The notes below the pieces were generated by a model. It saw nothing but the letters and a program-made list of their open reading frames with translations, was not told the DNA's origin and ran no database searches. DNA of 62,854 bases, counting the filler, from Dugesia japonica (taxonomy: Eukaryota): the NCBI GenBank assembly GCA_001938525.1. It is 6 parts of 6 records of this genome, joined end to end, with 100 filler letters (N's around TTAATTAATTAA, not from the genome) between each part and the next. Parts side by side here need not be neighbours in the genome. Positions count along the whole stretch, not along the records: positions 1 to 11,640 come from MQRL01220028.1; positions 11,741 to 20,275 come from MQRL01590040.1; 4 more parts are not named here. The stretch is one strand, 5' to 3'. Both the position numbers and the translations under genes were made by a program. Numbering within the stretch: position 1 is the first letter of the stretch; the number at the start of each line of letters is the position of its first letter. Shown here one piece after another: positions 1 to 13,584 of the stretch.

Positions 1-249
1 ATATCAATGAGGAAAGTAAGATGGAACCAGAGGAAATTTAACCAGAGGTGGTTATTGAAGAATTTGATGAAATAAGAGATGAAGATGAAGTAATGCAAAA
101 ATATTTAGATGACGAACCTAAATTCGGTGGTTCTATTGATGAACCTGAAATCGAAACTAGCTTGTATAAATGTCACCAGATCTTGAAATCAGATGTTTAA
201 GGCTTAACATAAAGGAAATAGTCTTACCAGAATTATTAGTTACGAAATT

Positions 250-3190
250 ATATAAAATAATTAAAGAAATGAAAAGTGTGAAAATTCAGTTTGGAATTAA
301 AGCATAGTTTGTTAAAGAACATGGCTTTCGAATAGTGCAGCTCAACTTAATGACACGCTTTTTGAACAGGAAATCAAATCATTGAATTAGAAAATAGTAG
401 TAAGAAGTGAACTTGGAAGTAGCTGGATTTTAAATAGAATTTTAGAAATTAACTTAATGTTGACTAAAATAAGTTAAATATAAAGATTATCTGGTAGTAG
501 TTTCATCCCAACACCAAGAAAAACTTAAAGAAAAAAAATTGAAAAAGAGAAAGAACATAATAAGGGTTTTCTGTATGGCATTCTCGCTTTATTGAAAAGT
601 ATGAAGTTGACAAAAATCATAGTTATCGAGCAGACCAGTATAATGATTACATAAGAGAACTCATTTTTGACAAAGAAGATATGCCAATGAGGTTGGTTAA
701 CATTCCAAAGGTTGAGAGGAATAACCCTGAATTTGCTATTAATGTATTATCATGGAAATCGACTTAATAACTGAGTAGGAAACCATAATGAAACATCCAA
801 ACTTGGATATATTCATGTGTCTAAGGTAACTGCTGAAAGAAATATTTATTTATTATTACTAAAAAATGGAGAAAATTATCATTATACAGCTGTTTTGAAT
901 CGGAATAGATTATTAAATATGGATAATAAAAGTAGATTTGTTCGAATACAGTCAATATGGTGTCCAAATTGTCTAAATCGATTAATTAACAATACAGCTT
1001 TTGAGACTCATACTGCTATTTATGATTGGATCCAAATTGGAACGACTTTACATAAAATGCCTACCGAGAAGAATCTTGAGTTTAAGGATTTTGCAAAGAC
1101 TATTACACCGCCATTTGTTATTTACACTGTTTTTGAATCACTTAATTTGCAAAAACTTTCCCGGCTGGGTGGGAAAAGGAGAACGCAGTGTTTACATGGT
1201 CCAGTATATACCTACTGCAAAGTACCAAAAACAAATACATTAAAAACGAAATTAAAATAAACATCAAACAAGTAAATTATAGATTTAAAATTAATTTTTA
1301 ATTTTTAGAATATCAATGATGCAAATATGAGTTATGTACAATAAAGTTTAACAATAATTTGTTTGAAAACAGAATAACTTTATTAAATTTATTTAATTTT
1401 ATGAATTTCTGTAATTTTATGGAATTTAGTATTATTATCAATATGTATTGATGATTACTTTGATTAAATTGTTTCCAAATTTTTTAAAATTTAATGTCTA
1501 ATTTTCAATAATTTTATCACATTTAAATTTTTAACAGATTAATTTGAGATTATTTTCATTTTAATGGAATTTTCCCATACAAATTTGTTTCACGTTTGCA
1601 GATATTAGAGGAAACATGATATGGTTTCTAAACATGATGGTATTACAGATAAATCTTATAATAAACCTTTGAAATGTGAGGAATTACTAGATTTTATAAT
1701 CTGCTTGACTATACGATAGTATATTTAAAGCTTGATAGTTATTTTTGGCTGATTTCTATCGCAATTTAGACAAAAGCGTATTGTTCGCAATACACTTGAA
1801 CTGCTTACTTTCTTTTTAATTCCAGGCATGTAATATTCTTCTGTCTTTGACTTTAACAGATCCAATTCAGTCATTGATTGAAAATGACATGTACACTTTA
1901 TTTGAAGGTGGTATTAGAGATGATAATACATTTGTTAACAAGCTTCATGTTGTTTCTGATGAAAACGCTGTCTTGTTATACATTTACATAAATAATTTGT
2001 AAAGTTTGGCATTATCTAATTGGATTTTCTATATTATGGCTATACTTTTGAGGTTGACAATGAAATTCCTATTGAATTACAGGATTATCTGTCTGATCTT
2101 TCTGTTGTTGCTGAACACCAAATTCTTCCTAGATCAAAGGTAAAATAGTTTTTGCTAAGAAAAATATCGCACTAAGAATAATTATGTTGTACATTGGAGA
2201 TTATTACAAATGTACTTGTATACATCTGCATAAATGGATCTCAAACAAAATATTTGGATTTAAATGATACTTTATTGCATATTTAAGTAAAGGTAGTTTT
2301 GAAGCAGGGTATGTCATTGGCTGACACTCATTATGCTATTCCAAGTAACTATAAGTTGCATACAATTAGGTGTTAAAATTAATAAAGTTCATTGAGCTGT
2401 TAAGTTTGGTCAGGACAAAATATTTAATAACTACATTGATAATAATACTAAATAAAAAGCACAACAGTAATTCCAATCTGGAGAAAAACTATTATAAACT
2501 CTGGAATGGAAAAACATTTGGAAAATCTTAAGAAGTGTATGAATCTTAGACTTGTAACTTAGAGGTCAAAACTAGAGTTTAGGAAATCCATTAATATAGA
2601 TGATGATTTGATTGTTGACTTTCTAACTACGTAATTAGCTTGTTTGAATATATCTAGTTATAGTGGTCAAACAGTTCATGATCTTCCAAAATTGATGATG
2701 TACAATTACAGTACTTAAAAGCTGAAAATTATAAGAAGGAAGGGAATTGTTCTATAAGTATTGTGGCGAAAAACAGAGAGCTTCTTTTAAGAAGTAAAAA
2801 AATATAAAATTGGATACATTATTGAGTTTGACAGAGCAGAATAATCTGATTGACACTACGAATTATTGCGCAACACATCTTCTTTATAGTGATTAGTTCA
2901 ATTCTGTTGTAGAAAGTTCAAAGATGAAAATAAAGGAAATAAGTATATGAACTAGGTGTTCTTGGAGTCTAAGTGTTACAGTCTTATTACCGAAAAAGAG
3001 AAAATGAAAGCTAATGGTGTAATATTTAAAGAATTGACACATCAGTTGTATTTTGAGTGTTATAATGACAAACAACCAGTCTCGGTGAACTAATTCAGGA
3101 TTAGTGTGCGTAGCCATCAGTAGTATAGTTTTGATGGAGCGAAAATATCACTAATTAATACAGATAGCAAAGGAGTATGGGTAGGAAAGA
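250..3190 (+). pseudogene. Degraded protein-primed family-B DNA polymerase (pPolB) of a Polinton/Maverick/adintovirus-like element
   Basis: Collinear broken motifs: GSSWILNRI (~415), GSSFIPTP (~492), WCPNCLN and FKDFAKTITPPFVIYTVFES (ExoI; ORF 817-1260), FPYKF (~1572), YTLFEGGI (~1890), YIYINNL (motif A, ~1977), GYTFEVD (~2038), NYVVHWRLLQMYL (~2180), GKT/ENL (motif B region, ~2505). Many stops and frameshifts. Confidence 0.85.
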
Positions 3191-5039
3191 AAAAAGTTTA
3201 TATATATATATATATATATACGGACATCAAACATTAATTAATTAAAACCCATGATAAACAAGACTTGGAAGCAGCTTATCAAATGTTAAAGTAATAAGTT
3301 TTATCTGTTATTTAAAAAAATTTAACTTAAAGTTATTTTAGAAATTTCTTTTAGAAGATTATTTCTCATATCTAATTTAATAAATGTTTTATTAAAAAGT
3401 TATTGGTTTTTATTACTTGTAGATTTTTAATTTTAACATTGCCAAGGAGTTACGTAGTTTTTTTGTGACTTTATCTGTATTTTTTTAAATATTAATAATC
3501 ACCTCGAAAAACTAAGTACTTTTTTCTAGATTTGACGATATGAACCATGTCATTCTTATATAGTATCAAATTCTGTATCATTTTTATCTCAAAAATGAAG
3601 CACTTTAGGGTATTAGTCTTTAAGTTATGTAAAAATAATTTTCCATTTCCAGATAAATGGAATCGATTTCAACTCAAAAATGAGAAAATACTAAACGATT
3701 TTAACCCAAAAATTACCACCAATTTTAAAAATTTAGAAATTAAACATTGAACCTCAAACACTAACCGCACTTTTAAAAATTAAAAAATTTAAAGACACAA
3801 TTTTATTTGTTAAATTTTAATGTTCCTTTGGCGAGACTCCAATATTAAGTACTTATTTTTCGATGTAACATTTTATGTATTTTAGATAAAGATATTTAGA
3901 ATTAGCGTTAAAATCTCTATATAATAGACCCTTTAATTATAAAATTTGAGAAAAATACTTTTTCGAAATAATTCAATCTAAAATATTGGAAAACCAACAT
4001 TATAACTATTACGTCAGCGAGATTACTCCATGCAATACTATTTATCTACTAATATTAAGTCTGCACGAGGAATATTGACATTTATTAGGGAAAAGACCAT
4101 GACCTACATTTATTTGACGTTGAATTTTTAAACCAATCCGGAATTATTATACTATATTATTTTGATCTTGAAACTGTTGATTAACTAAAATTAAATATCT
4201 AATTTTACTAACCAATCAGAATCAAGTATACTGTATCAATTTATATTGAAATATATGACGTTTACATGGATTGGTGATACAGTGTGCCCGTATTTACTTC
4301 TCATATTAACCATTTCAACTTGCTTTTAAAGCTCATGATACATTAAACAATTTTAATATTATCACCATATTTCATATTAAATTAATTCTTTTCAATATTT
4401 ATTTTATGAAAAATTCTTACAATAATATAATTAAAACATAAATTCTTGTTTCATAAATTTTACCATTTCTTAAGCATCTATTGTTTTAGTAGAAATGGTA
4501 GCAAATAATTTTTGTTGCCTACAAACGTTAATAATTAAAAAGTGATCAAATAAAACAAATTACTTCTGGTATAGTTTTACTTAATAGTTTTCACTGTAGT
4601 TTTTAAGGGTATTTTATAATACTTCAAAAGTAATGATAACAATTTTATTAAATTGAATATTAAATTTTTTTAGTTTTAAAATTAAGTTAGTTAAATTATC
4701 AAATGATAAAATATAAATAATGATCAAAATTAGTAATAAATATTTATCAACAGTTTTCATATAAATTATTTTCAAAATATATTGTTAATTATTAAGATTT
4801 ATATTATATACTCACTATAAAAAATAGCACATGACTTAGAAAAATTTTAAAAATATATTATCATATTAAAAATATAGTTATTTTTGAATTTCAACTGTAT
4901 GGGTTATTTTATAAAAATTATTTTGTATGAAATGTTGATGAGTTAATTAGTTTGCATTTTTAGAGTTGGGAATTCTTATACCCTTGAAGTTTGAATATTA
5001 AAAGTGTAAGTTATAAATATATATTTTTGAATTTCAAGA

Positions 5040-6290
5040 TGTCCATTATTACTGATGCAAGTGGCGACCACTGCCATTGACTTTTGTAATTTTCGTGATT
5101 ATTGTCCACTAAAAGATTATTGTTTAATTTGTGGAAAATCGGGACAAAATTTTATGAGTTGTAGACTGCTTACGAAATATCACCACAGAAACGATGTTAG
5201 ATGCCATGGATATGATTTGTGATGAATCGGATGAAGTAGGATATAATTTTAACTATTTAAACAAGAAGGACTTCGTTGTTCATTTTTCGTATGTGGAGTC
5301 AAGACAGAAGGAACAACTCGAAATTAAATAGTAGATGACAAGATGTATGTGAAGAACGATGTAAGAATTAAGTAGCGTGGTTAAAGTAAACAGAATAGGT
5401 GTGGAAATATTATTGGACACATGAGAATGGATATGAATGCTTGGAAAAGATGTGGTTGGTTTCCTATGAAAGATTCAGAGATAACATTGATTGGAGTATT
5501 TTTGAAGGAAGCTTTTAAATACTTTTGCGTCGAAAAAGGGAAAATTGAGTACCATAATATGAACAAAACTGTCAATATGGTGGTTGTACAAAGTAAACAC
5601 CCAGAGTTTATTGAGGAATGGACATGTTCAAAGCTTAAATATCTAATCAAAGATGATTGTATTAATTAAGTCAGATAATGTAATGGTTGATATTTTTTGA
5701 CAGGAGTCATTTAAAAGTCAAATGATGACACCTTAAAAACATTGTTATCGCGTTTTGTCTCACTATTTATGGCGCATACGTTTGACCGGGGTTAAATACT
5801 CTTAGTTAAACATCCATTCACAACAACGGCAATACTATTTTACAGAAGACAAGGCGGCAACCGATGCATCTAGAAGGCAAGATTGTCGAATTAATTGAAA
5901 AAAATGTCAAAATCAGCATCATAAAAGAATGCAGTAGCTCATGAAATTCGTCTATGCTGATTGTTAACATAAAGAATGAAGCTTTTCGTATATGTCAGGG
6001 TTTCAGATTATTGAATGAATCAACTTATAAATTTTCGTTTTCTATTCCAGATTCACAAATGTTATTCGATCATCTTAGTGAGTCTAACATATTCTCAACA
6101 CTAGATTATTATTATCAAGCGTATTAATAAGTCAAACTAGAGAAGGGGGATAAAATTAATATCGATTTTTTCTAGAAAAAAAGCCACTACTGTTATATTT
6201 GCATGCCATTCGGCCTATCAACCCTCCAGCTACGTTTCAAAGATTTATGTATACAATTCTGTTGGATATTCTTTTGAAAGGCGTTATAGA
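5040..6290 (+). mobile_element. Degraded Ty3/Gypsy gag-pol remnant (zinc knuckle, reverse transcriptase)
   Basis: CLICGKSGQNFMSC knuckle (~5120). RT pieces IIKECSSS-NSS, FRICQGFRLLN, IFSTLD, MPFGLSTPPATFQRFM (~5920-6250), all disrupted. Confidence 0.75.
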
Positions 6291-6382
6291 AATGTACTAA
6301 ATAGTTGCGTTCTTTTCTTGGAATGATATACTATTACAGGGAATTATTTTATTACCACTTAACGTATAGGGTGATTATCATA

Positions 6383-8540
6383 TCATTTAGAATAATGAGC
6401 TATAAATGTACGATCTTTAAAATCCAAATTTATAAAACATTTACAGAAAATGTCTGTAAGAGAAATTGAGTTTTTTATAGTAATCTGATTTATTAAAGTA
6501 CATTTAGAAAATATATTATTAACATAAAGTTCATCTAATTTCCAATTCATTTTTTGTCTAATTTTCTCCTTAACTGCCACATCGATCTTTAATTTAAAAG
6601 TTGTTACTATATTTAGCTGTAATTTATAAAATAATTTTCTTAATGAATCTTATGCTATTGCGTAATTCAAAAAATATATATAAGCATTGCTAATTTTAAA
6701 TTTACCACCATTAATTTTGATATGGCATTTATGAGTATTAAATGGTGGCGTTAAAAATTCATGACAAATTGGCCAAATATTTTGGCCGAAACTGTGTTTA
6801 TATTGTTTTCAATATTCTTTACCAGTCATTGAATTTTTCTAATTTTGTTCTTGACAAAAACATTCTTTTAGGGCTTGTTTGAAGCCTACTTTGTTCATAG
6901 TTTTCAAATATTTAGCCATTGTCTTTTTAGAGTTTGGTCGTTTGTAACTTTTCTATTGTTATATGTTATACAAAAAGATCTTTTATTTTTGTTTATAGGA
7001 AAATCGAAATTATTTATTTTATCAATACTTTACCGAGTTAAAGCAATTCTGATATGTTTCGATAATTTACTTGAACATGTACCATGGTTTTCAAAATCTA
7101 TTAGATTAATTTTTTCTGTAGTTTCAATATCGGATTGTTTTTATTTAAAATCATTACATGGTTTTTTTTGTGAATCACTTTCAAAAATATCATTATTACA
7201 TGCCTCATTAGTATTTTCTTCAAGTTTGTCATCAGCACTATTAATATCTGTATCTTCAACTTCCATATTGCAACTGTGAGTTCCTACATCTACATTACTA
7301 CTGTGAGGGAATGCAGTATTAGACACGTTAACGACATATTTTAGCATACTTTTCCTTTGTTTTTCTCCAGTAATACACGCTTTATTTTTGTTCTTAAGTT
7401 TTTAACTTCCACATAAATATTTTCTTCTTCGATCTCGATCTCTTCCCATTTTGCCAACTTAAATGTATACAATATATAAATATAGACAAATCTGCTATTT
7501 ATACCAAATGACTGAGTAATTATTTACCTATTTACCAATAATAAGAATTATAATATCTATTATATTATAAACACAAACACTAGAAATTAATTAATTTTAT
7601 ACAAATTTAGCAAGTTCAATTTAAATACAAAAAATTTAAATACAGGATACCAACAAATATGGTAGAGTTCTCCTAATGTATTGCAAAAAATACAAAGTTG
7701 GAATATTCCTGGGTTTCTCCATTATTTTTAAAAACAAAGCCAACTGCAACTATAAATTTGAACTTCCACCAATAAGGAGCCACTTATTTTTTCTAATTTA
7801 TATTAACAAAATTAATAATGTATACATTTTGTAAAGTTTAAAACAGTATTTAAAAACTTTTAAAGAAATTTTTTGAATTCAAGGAAATTTTAATAAATTG
7901 GGTAAATTTAAAATTTTTTCTTGTATTTAATAATAATAATATATAAACTTTCTAAAGTGCGGTGCCAAAAAACGTTTTGTGCGGCGTTTCTAAAACTTTG
8001 AAACAAAGTTTTGTAATATTTGTTTAGATGATTTTATTTTCTTTACTTATTTTTTTCTACAGCTGATTGTAAAATGTGATTTAGTTGGTCAAAGAATTCA
8101 TTTACTATATTTTCTCTTCTTCCTGTGTAAAAATAACCATTAGGACTTAGTGAAAGTTCTGTGGGATAAGCTGTTATTTTTACTGTTAAATTGGGGTTGT
8201 TATTTTTTATGTCATATAATATAAATTCTAAACAAGTTTTAATATTTAGCTCTGTCATAATATACGGTGAAATTCTATATGTATGTACGATGTCTTTATA
8301 TTGTCGATAATAATGCGATCCCATGTGGGTGATTCGATTAAAGTCATATATTATTAATTCACTAAATAGATCATCATTAAAATAATGTTCCTCAAATAGT
8401 AACGTGTTTACAATGGAACTACACTCATTGTAAAAAGAATTTGGACTCGACATTGTATTTTTTAAAATTAAATTAAAATTTACAATACTACCGAAATATG
8501 TAAAATATGAAATCTGCAAAAGTATGACAATATTTTGCAT
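6383..8540 (-). other. Unidentified element remnant: an intact ~136-aa ORF (8043-8453) plus a degraded long frame with a C2H2-like motif
   Basis: ORF from MSSPNSFYNEC has no recognisable family. The minus strand 7450-6383 has a basic start (MGRDRDRRRK), an acidic linker and ICHEFLTPPFNTHKCHIK (~6770-6715). Confidence 0.3.
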
Positions 8541-9708
8541 AAAATTACAGAATGAAAATTAATAAACTGTTCTCATACAATTTTTATATGTTAATTATTG
8601 GTAAAATATTAATAATATGTATAAATTTACCGTATTTATCCGAGTGCAAAATCGACACACATGATGAACCCCGGCTTGGACCGCGATCGCTTGAAAATGA
8701 AAAACCGCTAAAACTTTATATTTATCGATATATAAAATGATAAAAAATCCCATTCTGTAAAAGGTCGTTCGTTATACTTTAGACCAGTAAATTTCCATTG
8801 TCTGAGTATGATTTATAAAAGAATATTTGAAAATCGGAGTATAAAAGATAAAAATATTTAAAAAACAATTTCATAGAAAACTTAACTATAAACTATTAAA
8901 ATAAATTATGTTGGTAGGTAGATAATAATGCACTTCCTAAACACCGTTTCTCCTCGGCGCACACATGTTTCCAATGATTTGATTGGTCGGAATTCAGTGT
9001 TACAATTATGTAATTGTAGCAGTATTCCTGCAATTTNNNNNNNNNNNNNNNNNNNNNNNNNNNNNNNNNNNNNNNNNNNNNNNNNNNNNNNNNNNNNNNN
9101 NNNNNNNNNNNNNNNNNNNNNNNNNNTGTATGTGTTATCTAAGAATTTTGACTGATGAAACGTAATTTTAATGTGATGAATCATAATGTTATGTGTTGTC
9201 TTATAAATTTAACATGTATGGCTTTGGTTAGGAATTTAATAAGATGTATTTTAATTTTAACTTATTGACTATTAATTTCATGAGTTGAGTTAGAACCTCA
9301 TGTGATTGGATGCAATTTTAGTGTGATAGACTATAGTATTTTACGTTTTGGCTTATAATTGTGTGTGATAGAAAGTTATTGATGCATAATAGANTATAAT
9401 TTTAATCTATCTTATTGAAATTCTAATGTGTTGAGCTTAAATGTGAAACATATTGACTTANAAATTCTGTGTTCACGTANAATTGAGTCTGATGGATTAT
9501 AATTTTATGTGATAGAAAATAATTTTTAAATGATGGAATACATTTTTAGTTTAATTAATGATAATTTTTAATGACTACTATATTATTTTTCAAAACGTTA
9601 ATTGACTTCTAGTAAATCTTTGAAAGTTCATTTCGACCAATATGTATGTTTGGAACATTATTAAGTACTTTTATGTAATTTTAAAAACTCTTATTAAAAT
9701 ATTTTAGA

Positions 9709-10143
9709 TTTGTACTCGAGCTATTTTAACAGACATATTCAACTATTAAAAATATCAGACGTGATTAGATATTTTATTTTGTGTAAATTTGGAAGTATTT
9801 ACATGGATATGGATACAAAATGTCAAAAACCTTTTGACATTGTTATGATTAATAGTTTGTGCATTTTGAGTCAAGACGTCAATGAACAATCTCGGATATT
9901 GTGGAACGTACCTTATTTAGCAATGAACAGTTTAATGGCTTCCACATCAAATCATGATTTTTTCAAATATGCCTTCGGAAAATCGACATAAGCAGATTGA
10001 TTATGGATATTGGGACAAACTGGACCTATTTTTTTTACCAAATTATTTAAAGCTTATCAGGAATTATTGTCAAGCAATCCTCATACATTACTACCAGTTT
10101 CTTTAGCCGATCCATATTTGTTGTCCATTTGTTTATGCATTTA
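9709..10143 (+). pseudogene. GT32 (Gly_transf_sug, DXD) glycosyltransferase exon with in-frame stops
   Basis: SDVIRYFILCKFGSIYMDMD, NSLMAS..HDFF, then in the same frame after TAA (9989) and TGA (9998): ILGQTGPIFFTK (TGP motif). Preceded by a ttttag acceptor (9703-9708). Confidence 0.8.
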
Positions 10144-10821
10144 GGATACGATTTTGCAAAGGCTCGTATTAAAGAATTTGACAATTCTTGCTTTGCGTTA
10201 CAAAATGTTTCTATAATTTTGTTTTAAAAGGAATTTAGTGGAAATTTAAATCACTATTAGAGACAAACATTTTCACTAATAACTATTAAAAATGCTATAA
10301 ATTTAAATGAAATTATTAATTATAATAATTATACTACAAAATTTATTTATACTATTACTAATACTACTATTTATAATAATAAAAATATAAAGTATTATTA
10401 TTAAGGGTTGGGCATACGTACACTACATTGAGAATATTTTCATTTGCAGACAACATTCATTTTACTAGAACAATTGGAATCACAAAAAAATAAGTACAAT
10501 AAAATTCTACATAACAAGATTAAAAATATTACTCAACAATATTTTAAATTTTAATAATTTACTGGCAAAAATAAATTTACAAAATATTATTTACTAAAAA
10601 ATTATTAATTAATAACTACAAAGCTTGTGTATTGCTTGTTACCAATTATAATTTAATTTCTAAAATAATAAAAACAAAATTCACAACTAGTTTTTTAAAA
10701 ATCTGCTATACATAATATTCAAACAAACGTTTCTTTAATTTTAAATAAATAAATCAGATTTAATTAATTACATACTTATAAACTTGAAAAGTACTTAAAC
10801 ATTCCAAAATCAGACATTTCA

Positions 10822-11230
10822 TCATATTCCCTCTGTCAAGAATCTTTTAGGTTTTTTGACATTCCTTGTGAGTATTGTCCTGTTATGACCGACTAACAAA
10901 TATTGCATATCATGAACCTTATCTACAATATTTAATGGGTTTTCATAAATGTTTTTCGCTTTATCTCTTGCTTCAACTTCAACCAAGACCTTTTCGCCCA
11001 CCGTGAATTTCCTTGTCAGAAACATATTTGAGTACTGTGTCCCGATCTTTCTTGTTCTTGGGCTATCATCTTTATTGACTGATCTTCCACTTAAAATATA
11101 TTTTTGCCGAACTCACTTGTGTCGTTTTTTGTAAAGTCCCATTTATTGCAAACTCTGCCTAATTTCTCTTGCATTGTAGCATTGATGAAGTCTCACACCG
11201 TCCAGAACTGTCACTCAATCTGTCCAATAG
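10822..11230 (-). mobile_element. Gypsy integrase C-terminal fragment
   Basis: RKFTVGEKVLVE...YENP..IVDKVH..QYLL.....LTRNVKK.KRF resembles the GPY/F-SH3 tail of Gypsy integrase. Confidence 0.6.
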
Positions 11231-11239
11231 TTTTATCCT

Positions 11240-11640
11240 GGTAAGGACTCACCAAATGTGTCTCACTAAATGTTTCTGGAAATGCTTCTCATCTGGAGGT
11301 AAAACCGACTCAAAATCCGCATATATAACAAAAGGTGGTGTTAAAGTTTTCAAATAATCCTTAAAAATCAAGTTCTTTTCTGTTGGCATCGTATACATGG
11401 TGGTACCTGTTTGGATTTTTTGCAAATTGGTTCATGTTTCTCATATGCTACTTCATTTTTGAACCCGTTGAGACAGTTAGGACACCAAGTTGATTGAATG
11501 TGAACACCTTGTCCTTTATTATCCCTGTTCATTAGACGATTTAGATTTAGTACTGCGGTGCAATGCAATTTGTTGTTATTTTCCAGTAATAACAGATATA
11601 TTTTCTCACCATCTATCACTTTTGAACGATGTATTATATC
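11240..11640 (-). pseudogene. pPolB N-terminal fragment, same lineage as 817-1140
   Basis: IYLLLLENNNKLHCTAVLNLNRLMN..IQSTWCPNCLN versus IYLLLLKNGENYHYTAVLNRNRLLN..IQSIWCPNCLN, followed by FKDYLKTLTPPFVIYADFES. Confidence 0.85.
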
Positions 11641-11740
11641 NNNNNNNNNNNNNNNNNNNNNNNNNNNNNNNNNNNNNNNNNNNNTTAATTAATTAANNNN
11701 NNNNNNNNNNNNNNNNNNNNNNNNNNNNNNNNNNNNNNNN
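11641..11740. other. Artificial 100-bp contig spacer N44-TTAATTAATTAA-N44 (also 20276-20375, 32808-32907, 41403-41502, 51880-51979)
   Basis: The same 12-mer, with stop codons in all six frames, is centred in N runs of identical length five times. Confidence 0.95.
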
Positions 11741-11816
11741 ATGTTTTTACTTATAATACTTTATATAATTTATATAATTATTATATAATTTCATTTCATA
11801 TAATTTCAATTGTGCT

Positions 11817-11966
11817 ATCTCAATAAAAAATTTCAATAAAATAATTTTAAGAGCGATGTTGATGTGCGAAGCTTTGTTGATAAGGGCATTAAATCCTAAA
11901 ACTAATGTTCAGTTGACGGATTCAACATCGCTCTTAAAATTATTTTATTGAAATTTTTTGTTGAGA
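11817..11966 (+). mobile_element. Penelope-like element 3' end (GIY-YIG endonuclease C-terminus) flanked by a ~46-bp inverted repeat
   Basis: Reads MLMCEALLIRALNPKTNVQLTDSTSLLKLFY*, matching the PLE EAL.I...P.LN.Q...LKLF terminus. Arms 11817-11862 and 11921-11966 are reverse complements. Confidence 0.65.
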
Positions 11967-13584
11967 AATTGAGAAATAGAAATTTTATAAATATTTTGAT
12001 TAATTATTTTGTTTTTCTAATGAAGATTTGATCTATTTAAAAAGAAAAAATAATGGAATTGCGAATGTAATTGTATTTTAAATGTCAAAGCCGTTGGGAA
12101 GGTCTTCAAAAGCTCAAATAAAAGGTTACAATAAATTTAAACCAATAGAAAATAACTATTTAAAAATATCAAATTACACTACTGAAATTAAAAACTGAAA
12201 TAAAAGAACATCTTACATAGAACCGAAAATTTTTAAATAATTCATAGATAAAACTATCTATGAACAAAGAATATATAGTTTTATTATGCATCTACATATA
12301 ATCTGCATACTATATATATAATAAAAAAAAATTAATAGAAATCTGGAGCGGAGCTCATGGCAGGAGTAAAACCGGAGCTCCACTCTCCAATATTTTTTAT
12401 TAGCATTTCATTCTTTCATGCATAACATCTCTTTTTATATTACTATTATATAATTTTTTTCACATATTGTTTTACATAAATGGATGTATATACTTTATTT
12501 TTAAATTTTTCATGTTTAAAATTTTTGAATTTTAATTCTTTTAATAATAAATAAAGTATATATAAATAAACTTTATTATAACAGATATACACATATAAAT
12601 AAAATTAAGAAATTAAATAAATAAAGATAAAAAATAGTGTGATTAAAGAATTCGGTTCGCAAAGCGGAGTTGCAGTGGAACAACTCTGCTATACATAATT
12701 TTAGTTTGTTCAATTTAAATTCATTAATCATACCCGATAATATAATTTTATAGAACAATAAATGTAATATGTGGCAAATCTTATTTAGCTGACAATTAAT
12801 AAAAATAATAACATACGGAGATTTTTTAGTGGTATTATAGTATTAAAAGTTACAAGAGTATATTAAAACGTCTTTTTGAATACAATGAATCATAGAAATT
12901 AATCTGTTAATGCTATAAGATATAAAACTAGTTATTTATTACAATTATAAATACTCCTTAAAATCTAATTAGGAAAATTGACGTTTGCTTTTAAGTTAGA
13001 ACTATATCCAATTTTTAATAATAGTGAGTCAAATTTCAATTGTAATCAGCAATTTTCATAATCAATCATCTCAGAAATTTTTGAACATTAAAAATCTCTG
13101 CGAACACGCAAATTTCAATCAAACTTTTCTAATTAAATATTAACATAATAAATTTTATTTTATTTATAATAAAATTTAGTACAAAATAAGTAATTCCCAT
13201 CGTTTGAATGATAAAATTTACTAAAATTAATTTCGAAGAAATTAAATTTAAAATTTCCAAATTACGGACAAATTTATAACATAAATTTTGGATATTTTGT
13301 CACGCTTTACTTTGTAAAGTGTAATCAAACGTTTCTTTAATTTTATATTACAGCAATTTACATTTAAAAAAATAAAATTAGATGTAGAATAAAATAATAA
13401 ATTTAATATTTAGATTAATTTTTTTGGTACTTCAATTTTAATTCACCGCAAAAAAAATATTATACAATTGGTCATCTTCACAAAAGCATTAATATTTTAA
13501 TTCACCGCAATCAAATGAAAGTTAAAGATAACCAATTAAACAAATATTTATTATTATAAAAATTCAAGTACATATCGACTTCTT

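Noticed and set aside
9989-10000. Stop-codon reassignment explaining the in-frame stops
   Set aside because: Intact host genes use the standard code, and stops co-occur with frameshifts in decayed elements.
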